From NCBI GenBank assembly GCA_963705305.1, contig OY970067.1:1568001-1632000 (forward strand): a stretch of DNA of 64,000 nt, written 5' to 3'. Origin of the DNA: an uncultured Methylomirabilota bacterium. Its GTDB lineage: Bacteria; Methylomirabilota; Methylomirabilia; Methylomirabilales; 2-02-FULL-66-22. Below are positions 1-10,769 of this stretch, piece after piece. Below the pieces are notes generated by a model. That model worked only from the letters and a program-made list of their open reading frames with translations, was not told the DNA's origin and did not search any database. Made by a program: the position numbers and the translations under genes. The first letter of the stretch is position 1; the number at the start of each line of letters is the position of its first letter.

Positions 1-760
1 AGTAGGCGCCGTCGAATTGATGCTGGATGTAGAACAACCACACCCCGACCGACCCTGCGATCATCAGGACCGTCACCTGGATCGCTAGGTACGCCTGGAG
101 ACCCATCTGCCAGCTCAGCAGGGCAGCCATCCCGAGAAGGGCCACATTCGTCCAGAAGACGTTGCGGCGTTCTCGCCGGTCCGCCTTCCGCCACGGGAGT
201 CGCTGTCCGACCACGAGCAAGAAGAGCGGGGCAATGCCGAACAGCACCACCGGGTTCCGTACCAGCCGATAGGCAATCCGCCGCCAGCGCGAAGCTTCGA
301 GGTACTCTCGCACCGTCAAGGTCCAGACATCTCCGGTGCCCCGCCGATCCAGGTCGCCAGACGTCGCATGGTGGATGGCATGCTTATGCCGCCATTGGTA
401 ATAGGGGGTGAAGGCCAAAATCCCGGTGATCACCCCCAGGGTATCATTGGCCAGCCGGGACCGGAAAAACGAGCCGTGGCCGCAGTCGTGGAAGATGATG
501 AAGAGCCGCACCAAGAACCCCGCTGCAAGAATCGCCAGGGCGAGCGTGATCCAGTAGGAAAGCGCCAGGCTTCGGTCCATCCCATACCACAGCACCCCAT
601 ACGAGACGACCGCGCTCGCCGCCTGCCACACGCTGCAGCTCAAGGCAGGCTTCTCATATCGAGATACGATCGGCTTCCACATGGACTTGGCAGGCTGGAG
701 TGTGTTGAAGGAGAGGACCCGATCGCCCCTTCCTTCCGTCGTAGACCGCGGGGAGTTCAC
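1..760 (-). CDS. Membrane fatty acid desaturase (Des-like), runs off the left edge
   Basis: Hand-translated; not in the ORF track because it is open at the edge. His boxes HDCGH and HKHAIHH plus YIQHQF, with hydrophobic segments. GTG at 760 preceded by AAGGAG; alternative ATG at 682. Confidence 0.9.
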   Translation of the reverse strand, partial: MNSPRSTTEGRGDRVLSFNTLQPAKSMWKPIVSRYEKPALSCSVWQAASAVVSYGVLWYGMDRSLALSYWITLALAILAAGFLVRLFIIFHDCGHGSFFRSRLANDTLGVITGILAFTPYYQWRHKHAIHHATSGDLDRRGTGDVWTLTVREYLEASRWRRIAYRLVRNPVVLFGIAPLFLLVVGQRLPWRKADRRERRNVFWTNVALLGMAALLSWQMGLQAYLAIQVTVLMIAGSVGVWLFYIQHQFDGAY

Positions 761-834
761 TCTTGTACTCCTTGTAGTGTGGTCTAGGGTTCGCATCACA
801 ATGCAGCATCCTACAGGGGGGGGCTGCGGGCGAT

Positions 835-883
835 GCCCGGGACCTGCGACTCCCGCCACACTGGCCCCACTCGCATCGCGCAT
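835..883 (-). pseudogene. 5' stub of the ferritin-like gene found intact at 4625-5101
   Basis: Same TAATG stop/start overlap and similar first ~45 nt (atgcgcgatgcgagtggggccag vs atgcgcgactcgtggtggggccag), then similarity stops. Confidence 0.6.
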
Positions 884-1083
884 TACCCGGCTCTCCCGCT
901 GTCGCAGAATGCCTCCGCGGAGGCCTTCGCCTCCCGCTGGTTCCTCCAGGGGCCCCCGAGGACCGCACGATCGCCCCCCACATCCTTCTCCGCCGCGCGG
1001 GCCTTGGCCCACCACACGCCTTCGTCCCGGAGGGTCGTGATCGTGTAGCGCTGATAGGGGTAGCTCGTCCACTCCGCGTCCAT
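883..1083 (-). CDS. Small hypothetical protein (66 aa), paralog of 5101-5301
   Basis: Same length and shared blocks YQRYTI, DEGxWWA, GGDRAVLGGPW, AEAFCDSGRAG in both copies. Confidence 0.8.
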   Translation of the reverse strand: MDAEWTSYPYQRYTITTLRDEGVWWAKARAAEKDVGGDRAVLGGPWRNQREAKASAEAFCDSGRAG

Positions 1084-1183
1084 GGTCGTCCTCTGCCGTC
1101 ACTCCACCGAAGCAATGCCCCCGGCCATTCGCGAACCCGAGCGACCGGGGGCCATCCCCGTGGAGTCCAAGAGCCCCGTCTGC

Positions 1184-1396
1184 TTAGGCGATGGGAGGGC
1201 CCACTTTCATATGAGCGGCCCGCGGGCCCTTTTCGCCCTTCTCAATATCGAACTCGACGGCCTGTCCTTCCGCCAGGGCGTCGAACTCCTCACCCGGGAG
1301 CGCCGACCGGTGAAAGAAGAGCTCTACCCCATCGGAGGCCTGAATGAACCCAAAGCCTCGCTCCCGGACCAGCTTCTTGACCGTGCCTGTTGCCAT
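1184..1396 (-). CDS. csp: Cold-shock domain protein
   Basis: MATGTVK..RGFGFI..LFFHRS..GQAVEFDIEKGEKGPRA (RNP1/RNP2 motifs); AAGGAG RBS. Confidence 0.95.
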   Translation of the reverse strand: MATGTVKKLVRERGFGFIQASDGVELFFHRSALPGEEFDALAEGQAVEFDIEKGEKGPRAAHMKVGPPIA

Positions 1397-1529
1397 GATT
1401 ACCGCTCCTTTCCGGATCGCCATCCGGCATACATTTCACTGCCCACCACTGCGCCACCAGACCATTCTTGGCGCCTGCACTTCCTGCCTCCTCGGCCGTC
1501 CGTTCAGGGCCGCGTCGCTCCGACCCGAA

Positions 1530-1686
1530 AGGGTTGCACCCCCCGCCCTGGACCACCTCCTTCTCCACCAGCCGGCATGCGGGTTGCTCGAGGAAGTCCC
1601 GCTGCGATGCGAGGAGGGCGCCGAGCCTTGCGTGCGCCTCGACTATGAGCCCGCTCCCTCGGCGTCGACGAGTCGCGCCGTCTCCG
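1530..1686 (-). pseudogene. Degenerate 3' fragment of ftsH
   Basis: Aligns by eye to 17210-17370 (gaccacctccttctcca.., gctcgagga.., cgtgcgcctc.., ctcggcgtcga..); sits upstream of csp as the intact ftsH does. Confidence 0.75.
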
Positions 1687-1709
1687 CCCGGTGATGGATC
1701 TCACGCCGA

Positions 1710-2027
1710 TCATCGGGTCCCTGACCTTGCCCTTCTCTTCTCCCCCCGCAGGGTTTCCGGGCGCAGAGTCATGCGCTTCCCGTTGGCTCCCCCTTTGCGG
1801 GCGAGGCTCCGGATGCGGCGGATCGCATTGGCCTGGGCCTCCACGTTTGCGAGCAGATTGGGCTTGCCATCCCGCTTCAGCCCCTCCTCGATGAGGGCGC
1901 GGAACACGATCTGCAGGCTCACCGGGAGCTTGAGCGTGGTCGTCGCCTTCCCCGCCAAGGCCCGCGCCCGGTCGAGGATGTCTTGGGGGAGAATCAGCAG
2001 AACCCTGGACCTATTGGCGAACATCAT
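1710..2027 (-). CDS. Hypothetical protein, possible ribbon-helix-helix DNA-binding protein
   Basis: RVLLILPQDILDRARALA...SLQIVFRALIEEGL strand-helix-helix pattern; GGGGG RBS-like tract; AT-rich promoter-like tract at 2085-2125. Confidence 0.55.
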   Translation of the reverse strand: MMFANRSRVLLILPQDILDRARALAGKATTTLKLPVSLQIVFRALIEEGLKRDGKPNLLANVEAQANAIRRIRSLARKGGANGKRMTLRPETLRGEKRRARSGTR

Positions 2028-2347
2028 CCGATCCCCCCTATCTGCCGGCCGAGCCTCCGCGTCAAACGCCCCGTCTATTTCATCGTTACATACTTTATAC
2101 TATTGATATATATTATATTACATGTTGTGCCTGGTCAAGCGCAACATGAGGTTAGCCTCCAGATTCCGCCCGTAGTGTGCCCAGGTCCCCCATCCGTGCC
2201 GGCCGCCGCCCGCGGATTGAGCGCCTCGTACGCCGCCTGCACTCGCTCGCTGGCGACGCACCAGCTATGGCCTTCCGCCTCTCCATGCGGCGTCGGCACT
2301 CCAGACTGAGCACCTCGTTCGAGGCGGTGAATTGCTTGGTTGGATGT

Positions 2348-2386
2348 GGCATGGCATCCGCGATGTCCCATCCGGGATGCCATGCC
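2348..2386. terminator. 12-bp stem-loop downstream of groEL
   Basis: GGCATGGCATCC (2348-2359) / GGATGCCATGCC (2375-2386), ~30 nt after the groEL stop; no clear U-tract. Confidence 0.45.
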
Positions 2387-2417
2387 CCACACAAGGGGGA
2401 AAGCCTCCTGCGACCGT

Positions 2418-4127
<1,710 letters not shown>

Positions 4128-4418
4128 TTACTGCAGGATGCCGAGGACATCCTCCTCCCGCATGATCAGGTATTCCTCATCGTTCAGCTTCACTTCGCTC
4201 CCCGAGTACTTGCCGAAGAGGATCTTGTCGCCCACCTTCACCGCCATGGGCTGGAGCTTTCCATCGTCGGTGACCTTGCCGGGACCCACGGCGATGACTT
4301 CGGCCTCCTGGGGCTTCTCCTTGGCGGTATCCGGGATGATGATCCCGCCCTTCTTCGTCTCTTTCTCCTCCAGACGCTTGACCAGGATCCGGTCGTGCAA
4401 TGGCTTCATCTTCTTCAT
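4128..4418 (-). CDS. groES: Co-chaperonin GroES
   Basis: [45 protein letters not shown]. Confidence 0.99.
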   Translation of the reverse strand: MKKMKPLHDRILVKRLEEKETKKGGIIIPDTAKEKPQEAEVIAVGPGKVTDDGKLQPMAVKVGDKILFGKYSGSEVKLNDEEYLIMREEDVLGILQ

Positions 4419-4624
4419 TGTGCTTCGCTCCTTTCGACAACGGATGCGGAATGATCGGCGCACCCGTGCAGCCGAGCACTGCGATGGGGTCGGCGCCTCG
4501 AGGTTCCCACGGTGCGAGCACCGCCTGAGCGGAGACGCCGTGAGGCTCCGGACGGCCTCGAGGCAATGCACACACGAGCGCTCCTGCTATTCATTGACAG
4601 GTCTTCCCACGTTCTCTCATCACT

Positions 4625-5101
4625 CTACCGAAGATCCGTCACGTAGCTGTCCATCCTGGCCAGGATCCCGCGGATGGTCCGCGAACTGCGCCCCTCCTCC
4701 TCGGCCATCTCCCCCAGCCTCCCGCGGAGGAGCCCGTCCGGCGTCAGCCAGCGGGCCTGCCGGTACAGCGTGTACAGATCTTCGGTCTCCGCCAGGTCCT
4801 GGATGAGCTTGGTGGCCGTCAGCGCCCCGCGCCGACGCGCGGTCCCCGCAGCTGCCGCCAGAGTGGCTCCGCCCCCGATCTCGAGCGCCAGCGCGTGAGC
4901 GTTCTGGCCCTCCCGCGCGGCCAGCCCCTCGAGGCTTAGCCGGTGGGGGGCGAAGCGCACCGCGCGCGCCCGGTCGGCCAGGTGGTCCGCCAAGGCCGTT
5001 TCCTGCCAATAGATCCGGGTCAGGAGCCCCTGCAGGGCCTCCGTAGTGTCCGGGTCCGGCCCGGCCTCCTCGACCCGCTGGCCCCACCACGAGTCGCGCA
5101 T
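4625..5101 (-). CDS. Ferritin-like four-helix protein
   Basis: Helical 158 aa with ferritin-like spacing (YWQE, REGQNA, LY, EEEGRS); start overlaps upstream stop (TAATG). His ligands appear absent. Confidence 0.55.
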   Translation of the reverse strand: MRDSWWGQRVEEAGPDPDTTEALQGLLTRIYWQETALADHLADRARAVRFAPHRLSLEGLAAREGQNAHALALEIGGGATLAAAAGTARRRGALTATKLIQDLAETEDLYTLYRQARWLTPDGLLRGRLGEMAEEEGRSSRTIRGILARMDSYVTDLR

Positions 5102-5301
5102 TACCCCGCCCTCCCGCTGTCGCAGAATGCCTCCGCGGCGGTCTTCGCCTCTCCCTTGTTCTTCCAGGGGCCGCCCAGGACTGCGCGATCGCCCCCGGCC
5201 TCCTTCTCTGCCACGCGGGCCCTGGCCCACCATGTGCCCTCGTCTTGGAACGTCGAGATCGTGTAGCGCTGGTACGCGTAGCACCGTGTCTCCTCGTCCA
5301 T
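5101..5301 (-). CDS. Small hypothetical protein (66 aa), paralog of 883-1083
   Basis: See 883-1083; AAGGAG RBS; first gene after the sigma54 promoter at 5457-5473. Confidence 0.8.
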   Translation of the reverse strand: MDEETRCYAYQRYTISTFQDEGTWWARARVAEKEAGGDRAVLGGPWKNKGEAKTAAEAFCDSGRAG

Positions 5302-5456
5302 GGCCGCTCTCCTTCCGCATCTCCCGGGATTCTTACGTCCTACCCCCTCGGACTCCCGTGGGGCCAAGGTGTCACCCTGGGAGGTTCCGTATGTCGCAAC
5401 CGCGGACCGGGTCAGCCTCCATCCCTCCGTCCTGTAGACACCTCCTTCAAATGAGT

Positions 5457-5606
5457 ATGCAACAACAGATCCACACGGCGTCTCGATTGGCCTGAAAAGG
5501 TCTCAGCCCTGATGAATCGGGTGGTTAGATGAGATGCTGCGGTGAAGTCTTCGCGTGGACACCGGCGGGAAACACCCGAGATATCGGAGCGGCTCCGATG
5601 GGTTGG
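5457..5606 (-). promoter_or_regulatory. sigma54 promoter cassette copy 1 (promoter + IHF-like site + tandem enhancer)
   Basis: Minus-strand TGGATCTGTTGTTGCAT (5457-5473; GG-N10-GC); AATCGGgtggTTA at 5515; CCGAgataTCGG-agcggct-CCGAtgggTTGG at 5576-5606. Confidence 0.85.
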
Positions 5607-5621
5607 AGGGGGAGGCGGAAC

Positions 5622-5712
5622 TCAGCGGGCACGCTGGAACCCGAGCGTCTCGATACGGGACGCGAGCGTGGTGGACTTGAGGCGGAGAAACGTGGCGGCG
5701 CCGGCCGGCTCA
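5622..5712 (-). pseudogene. C-terminal Fis-HTH remnant of the sigma54 activator
   Basis: Translates PAGAATFLRLKSTTLASRIETLGFQRAR* vs [28 protein letters not shown] at 20660. Confidence 0.8.
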
Positions 5713-7566
5713 CCCCTTCGAAGTCCCCACGGCAACAGGCTGCGCGGTTATCGGGCCGTCCCCCCAGAACCCCAGCAGCTCGCCCGCCCGGGTGTAGGCC
5801 TGCCGGATCCGGTCGAGGTTCTCCGTGAACAGGAGGCCGATCCTCGCGAACGGCTCGAAGACCGGGCCCTGCTCGAAGTTCACCGGGAGCGGGATCACCC
5901 GGGCCCACTTGTCCAGGTTGCCCTGGAGGGCGGCGGTCACGGCGCCCAGACGTTGCGACAGCTCCTCCTTGCCCTTGGCCGCCCGCTCTACGATGGGCGT
6001 GATGATCACGTCCACCGTCTGCTGCACGCGGTGCAGCGCGTCCACCACCGGCTCCGCCAGGGGGGTCACCCGGACGCCCAGCTCGTGCAGGAACTGCTCC
6101 AGGAGCCGCCCCAGGTCCTCCTGGATGAAGGCCTCGGGGACCGCCACGGCACCTTGGGCGCCCCGGCCGGCGCGCTGGCGCTCCGCGTACAGCTCCTGCC
6201 GGAGCCGCGCGGTGTGCGCCCGGTTCACCGGGTCCTTCCACCAGTCCCCCACCAGTCGCTTGGCGGAGAACCGGAGGGCGGCGGTGAAGAGGTCGCGTCG
6301 GAAGAGCGACTCCAGGATGGCGCCCCAGGAGTAGAACTGCTCGGTGGCCTGCATGGCCGCCATCTGCAGCTCGTAGGGAGCGATCCTGCGCGGCTGGTGG
6401 ACGCAGTGGTGCCCGTCGTACAGCTCCCAGTTGTTGCTGAGGATGTCCTTCTTGCCCTGGGCGTAGAGGGTGCGCCAGTCGGACGAGCCGGGGCACGGGG
6501 TGAGGATCATGAATTGGACGGATTCGATGTGGTTGGCGCGGGCGAATCGGGCCGTCTGGTAGATGGTCTCCACGTCGTCCTCGTCGGAGCCCACCACGAA
6601 CATTCCGTGGATCTTGATTCCATGGTCGTGGAACTTGTCGATGGCTCGCTGGATCTTGGCCAGGTCTTGCTTCTTCTTGAAGAGGCGCAGGGTCTTCGGA
6701 TTGATTGACTCGAAGCCGACGTAGACATTGAAGCAGTTGCTCCGGCGCATGAGCTGGAGCAGCTCGTCGTCGTTCACCGTCTCCGTGCGCACCTGGGCGC
6801 CCCACTTGGGCGTGATCCCCTCGGCGATCATGCGGGTCAGCAGGTCCTTGGTGCGTTTCGGGTTGGCGGTGAAGATATCGTCGGCGAAGAAGATGTAGGG
6901 GGTCCCGGCGTGGGTCTGTAGCTCGGCGATCACCCGGTCGATGGAATGGGTCCGGAACGCGCTCCCGTACATCCCGGGCACCGAGCAGAAGGTGCAGGGG
7001 AAGGGACACCCGCGAGAGGTGGCCACCGAGGCAATGCGCTGGCGCCCGTACCCCACCACCAGGGAGAAGTCCGGGATGGGGTTCACATCCAGATCGGTCA
7101 ACCTGGGCTGGTCCGGGTTGTGCGCCTTCTGGCCGTCGCGCCAGCAGGAGAGGCCCTGGATCCCCGCGACCCCCCGGCCCCGCTCGAGGGCCTCCGCGAG
7201 TTCCGGGAAGGCGACCTCGCCCTCCCCGCGGATCACGAAGTCGGCGTGGTCGAGGCCCTCGTCCGGCAGGAAGCTCACGTGGGTCCCCCCTAGGACCACG
7301 GGGATGCCGGCCGCCCGGACCGTGGCGGCCAGGCGGTAGGACGGTGGCGCGGTGGGGGTGATGGTGGAGATGCCCACGAGGTCCGCCGCGAGGACCTCCC
7401 CCATGTCCACGGGGGCGATGTCCTCGATGTAGACCTTCACGTCCCAGCCCCGATCCCGCATGATGGTGCCCAGAAGCACCGACCCCAGGCGGGGGATGGT
7501 GAGCCGACTGTACACGTGGAGGTGGGTCGACGAAGGCTCCACGAGGACCACCCGCTTCCGGTTCAT
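5710..7566 (-). CDS. Cobalamin-binding radical SAM protein
   Basis: N-terminal B12-binding domain (DLVGIST..PVVLGGTH..GEGE), CPFPCTFC cluster motif, FADDIF, GFESIN; extra ~150-aa C-terminal region. Confidence 0.93.
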   Translation of the reverse strand: MNRKRVVLVEPSSTHLHVYSRLTIPRLGSVLLGTIMRDRGWDVKVYIEDIAPVDMGEVLAADLVGISTITPTAPPSYRLAATVRAAGIPVVLGGTHVSFLPDEGLDHADFVIRGEGEVAFPELAEALERGRGVAGIQGLSCWRDGQKAHNPDQPRLTDLDVNPIPDFSLVVGYGRQRIASVATSRGCPFPCTFCSVPGMYGSAFRTHSIDRVIAELQTHAGTPYIFFADDIFTANPKRTKDLLTRMIAEGITPKWGAQVRTETVNDDELLQLMRRSNCFNVYVGFESINPKTLRLFKKKQDLAKIQRAIDKFHDHGIKIHGMFVVGSDEDDVETIYQTARFARANHIESVQFMILTPCPGSSDWRTLYAQGKKDILSNNWELYDGHHCVHQPRRIAPYELQMAAMQATEQFYSWGAILESLFRRDLFTAALRFSAKRLVGDWWKDPVNRAHTARLRQELYAERQRAGRGAQGAVAVPEAFIQEDLGRLLEQFLHELGVRVTPLAEPVVDALHRVQQTVDVIITPIVERAAKGKEELSQRLGAVTAALQGNLDKWARVIPLPVNFEQGPVFEPFARIGLLFTENLDRIRQAYTRAGELLGFWGDGPITAQPVAVGTSKG

Positions 7567-7704
7567 CTCGGACTCCGTGCTGGCGGCCTGCTCCGCGCCT
7601 CAGGGATCGGCTCGCACGGCACTGGGAACGCCGGGGCGCTCCTGTCTAAGCCGCGCAGGCCATGCGTGCGCACGCGCAGGGAGAGGCTCCTGGCTCGCGC
7701 CGAT

Positions 7705-7875
7705 TCAGTGCTGCCTGCTCTTCTCCTCGAGGTCCTTGCGCCCTTTCTCGGCGGTCCGGTACTCGCCAGTCATGGTGATGACGGACTTTTTGAGTGAAAG
7801 GACCTTGAAGTACCAGACACCCCCGCCTCCGACAACGAGCCCAATGAGGATTCCCAACCAGAAACTGCTGTCCAT
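7705..7875 (-). CDS. Small membrane protein (56 aa), not in ORF track
   Basis: MDSSFWLGILIGLVVGGGGVWYFKVLSLKK...; AAAGGAG RBS; single TM plus charged tail. Confidence 0.7.
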   Translation of the reverse strand: MDSSFWLGILIGLVVGGGGVWYFKVLSLKKSVITMTGEYRTAEKGRKDLEEKSRQH

Positions 7876-8001
7876 GGCATTCTCCTTTCATCCAACCAGC
7901 AGCGAGGTCACAAGGCTGAAAGGCTGGCCGCGCTTCATCTCCTTCATCTTGTTCATCTTGTGAGCGCTCTGGCCATCCAGGCGGCCTGGGAGTGGGACGG
8001 C

Positions 8002-8421
8002 CTACTTGCTGACCAACATAAGCAGCCTGGCACACTCGGAGGCCACCTTGCTATCGGGTGTCTCCTCACCGGGCATCGTCGCCCACCCCTGTTTTTCTAC
8101 GTACTCACTCCGCTGCCACGAATCTGTTTTTTCCAATTCTTTGAGCTTCTGGTCTTTCCCGGGATCCCGGTTGAACTGGACGACACACATCGGTGCCAGG
8201 CGCTTGACGACAGCATCTTCCGCCATCGTCTGCGCCATGCTCCGGGCGGTCCCCCCCGTCACCCATCCGCCCCACGCAAAGCCGATGATCATTGTGAGAA
8301 CAACAGAGCCAACCCATGACCAGAAGACGATCGTTTTCGTCGGGCGCGCCTCATCCCACCGCTGTCGAAGACTCAGCTTCCGCGTTTGTTCCCCGCCTCT
8401 ACCCCCCTTATCCTGCTCCAT
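8002..8421 (-). CDS. Hypothetical membrane protein (GGWVTG family), paralog of 22691-23104
   Basis: TM helix, GFAWGGWVTG, LAPxCVVQFNRDP, KQGWATMPGEE, two conserved Cys; GGAGGAG RBS. Confidence 0.85.
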   Translation of the reverse strand: MEQDKGGRGGEQTRKLSLRQRWDEARPTKTIVFWSWVGSVVLTMIIGFAWGGWVTGGTARSMAQTMAEDAVVKRLAPMCVVQFNRDPGKDQKLKELEKTDSWQRSEYVEKQGWATMPGEETPDSKVASECARLLMLVSK

Positions 8422-8752
8422 TGTTCTCCTCCTCCGTACGCCACGTGTTTCGACCGGAAACAGCCTTGGGGGTTGTGGTTGATCCAGGCAGATCGTGCAT
8501 TCCCTCCTCGCTGCACTCCTGGGAGTTCGCTCTGGTGCTGCTACGCAGGCACTCCCATTCGGTGCTGTCTGTAGTCCCCCGACTCCGCATCCAATGGCAC
8601 GGCAGGTGGCGATGCCTGCCGCCGCTCACCCAGGCGGCGCAGCTCTTCGCTGGCACGCGTGTAGGCGGCGACTGCGGAGTCCAACACGGCCTTCATCGAG
8701 GCCTCGGATCCCGCCAGGGGGCCGGTGCCGCTGCGGTATACAGGGTCCGCTC

Positions 8753-8989
8753 CTAGATGCTCGCCCAGAGCAGGCGCTGGGCGCCGATCACGAGGACCGC
8801 CCCGATGAACGCGACGACGACCGCCATGAAGAGCCCCGCGCCGGGAGAAACCCCCAGGGCCCGGAAGATCCAGCTTCCCAGGAGGCTGCCGACGAGCCCG
8901 AGGACGATGTCGCCGATCAGCCCGTAGCCGCCGCCCTTCATGACGAACCCGGCCAGCCAGCCGGCCAGCAGCCCGACGAGCACCCACAT
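8753..8989 (-). CDS. GlsB/YeaQ/YmgE (transglycosylase-associated) stress membrane protein
   Basis: VGLLAGWLAG..GGGYGLIGDIVLGLVGS..AFIGAVL; start could be a few codons upstream. Confidence 0.9.
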   Translation of the reverse strand: MWVLVGLLAGWLAGFVMKGGGYGLIGDIVLGLVGSLLGSWIFRALGVSPGAGLFMAVVVAFIGAVLVIGAQRLLWASI

Positions 8990-9229
8990 CGCAAACAGTT
9001 CCAGCGTCCTGGCCCTTCCTCCTTCACCGACTGCGCCGGTCTTCCCCCGGCCCCTCGCGCCGTCTCGCGGGAGGGGCCGCCCCTCCGGTCCGGGCCCCGC
9101 GACGCCCACCGATGGGAAGTGCCCAGCCCGGGCCGGCTGTGCCGAGGATGGGTGGGGACCGCCGTAGACGGCCCCCAGCCGCCCCCCGTACGCCGGCGGC
9201 TCCCTAGATCAACCGACCGGGCCCGACCG

Positions 9230-9805
9230 CTACTTGTCCTTGTGGCTCTGGAACGGCTCCTTCAGCACCACCTTCACGCCGGCGATCGTGCCCGTCACGG
9301 CGTTGCGCACCTGCGCCGCAGCCGCCGAGCCGATCTCGCCCGCAGCCTTGAGCGCCCCCGTCGCGGCGGCCGCGGCGGCCTCCTCCGCGCTCAAGCCGAC
9401 GGCTTTCGCGCCGGCGATCGCACCCTCGACGGCGCCCTTCGCCGCCGAGCCCAGGTCGCCGCCGACCTCGGCCGTGCTCTTGACCAGGGCGGCGGCGGTT
9501 GCGCTCACGGCGTCGAGCGCCTCGCCGCCGACCTCCTTGGTGCCGCGCAGCACGCCGATCACTGCCCCCTTGGCCGCGCTGCCGATGTCGGCGCCGATCT
9601 CGGTCACGCCCTGGACCACTCCGCGCACCACCGCCGAGATCGCCCCGGTGAGCGCCGCGCCCATCTCTCCGGTGCGCGTGACCGCGTTGACCAGGCTGCC
9701 GCTCACCGTGTCGACGACGGCGTCCGTGATCTCACCGACGCCCTTCACTGCGGAGACGATACTGTCCTTTACCGATTTCGCCAGGCTCTTGCTCTCGTCC
9801 GGCAT
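9230..9805 (-). CDS. Ala/Gly/Val-rich amphipathic repeat protein
   Basis: Repeated ~22-aa units (EIGADIGSAAKGAV, EVGGDLGSAAKGAV, EIGSAAA); strong GC3 codon bias. Confidence 0.8.
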   Translation of the reverse strand: MPDESKSLAKSVKDSIVSAVKGVGEITDAVVDTVSGSLVNAVTRTGEMGAALTGAISAVVRGVVQGVTEIGADIGSAAKGAVIGVLRGTKEVGGEALDAVSATAAALVKSTAEVGGDLGSAAKGAVEGAIAGAKAVGLSAEEAAAAAATGALKAAGEIGSAAAAQVRNAVTGTIAGVKVVLKEPFQSHKDK

Positions 9806-9999
9806 GGGAGGCCCCCTTTCTCAGACGATCCCCTGACTTGTGATGGGCCAAATCGCCTGCTGTCGGTTCGCGCCATCAGCGTACCCCCCCCGCGTCGTGG
9901 TGAGGGGGATCGAACACTACTCCATCTGGCCGGAAAGCCGCGGCCGGGCCAAGTCCGTTCAGGAGCGGGGCGGGGGAGTCCACGTCGCAAAGCTGACCC

Positions 10000-10287
10000 T
10001 GTCCGATACCCCGCGTGTCGAGACCGTCGTTACTTGGGCGATCCCTTGCTTCCCTGGGGCCGGCTTGGAGCGCGCTGGGAGTTCGGACTCGGCCAATATC
10101 GCCGACGCGGCGGTGCCATCTTCCGCACCGCTACGCCGTCCTTGGGGCTGGTGCGCGCACCAGCCTTCTCGTCCCGCCCGGCGTTCCACCCTTTGAAGCT
10201 GGCCTTCACGGCGCGGGTCCGTTTTTCCAGGTCGCGCTGGATGACCCGGCGCGCCTCTTCGTCGGAGAGCAATCGTTTGGCCGGCAT
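10000..10287 (-). pseudogene. Heavily decayed groEL 5' remnant
   Basis: MPAKRLLSDEEARRVIQRDLEKRTRAVK..KDGVAVRK matches [36 protein letters not shown]; another frame gives AEDGTAASAILA and SKPAPGKQGIAQVTTVS ([28 protein letters not shown]). Confidence 0.85.
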
Positions 10288-10379
10288 GATGCGGCCTCCT
10301 TCTCGATGTGTCGAATCAGCGTTGAGCTTGCCGCCAGGATTATCCTCGTCCTATCTATGCGGTGCGCGCTATTCATCCT

Positions 10380-10528
10380 ATGCAAAGATAGATCCAGCTT
10401 GCTCTCGGAGTGGCGCGAAGAGGTCTTGACGCAGCCGAATCGACTGATTGGATCGGACGCCAGGGTGAAATGTCAGCGGCCGGGGCGGCGGGACCACCCG
10501 AAATCTCGGAGCGGCTCCGAGATACTGG
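10380..10528 (-). promoter_or_regulatory. sigma54 promoter cassette copy 2
   Basis: Minus-strand TGGATCTATCTTTGCAT (10380-10396); AATCGActgaTTG at 10438; CCGAaatcTCGG-agcggct-CCGAgataCTGG at 10498-10528. Confidence 0.85.
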
Positions 10529-10544
10529 AGGCAGGGCCCAACGA

Positions 10545-10596
10545 TCAGCGGGGACGTTCGAGGCCGAGTTTCTTGATGCGGGATTCGAGGGTGGTG
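10545..10596 (-). pseudogene. C-terminal remnant of the sigma54 activator
   Basis: [16 protein letters not shown], identical in protein sequence to the end of the gene at 20660. Confidence 0.85.
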
Positions 10597-10604
10597 TTCT
10601 TCCC

Positions 10605-10759
10605 ATCGCGGCCCCCGAGACCTGCGTGCCCACCGGGACGGTGACGACCGCATTGGGGGTCCCGGTGGCCGAGACGGTGGACCGGAGGTCCCCGCGGGTC
10701 ACGGGAATGGTCGAGAAACGAGGATGGACCAGGCCCCCAGTGGACAATTTTCGGAGCAC
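10605..10759 (-). pseudogene. N-terminal fragment of an efflux membrane-fusion protein (MacA/HlyD-like)
   Basis: PRFSTIPVTRGDLRSTVSATGTPNAVVTVPVGTQVSG, then abrupt junction to the activator remnant. Confidence 0.75.
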
Positions 10760-10769
10760 AACCCTCGCC

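Noticed and set aside
761..883. Fusion of the ferritin-like stub to the desaturase (frame is open from 883)
   Set aside because: The desaturase has its own AAGGAG RBS and GTG at 760; the open frame is plausibly coincidental in GC-rich DNA.
2135..2400. Possible J-domain remnant (KQFTASNEVLS; QAAYEALN)
   Set aside because: Too short and weak to distinguish from chance.
8541..8696. 51-aa ORF MKAVLDSAVAAY..
   Set aside because: Weak RBS and no motif; cannot be supported without homologs.
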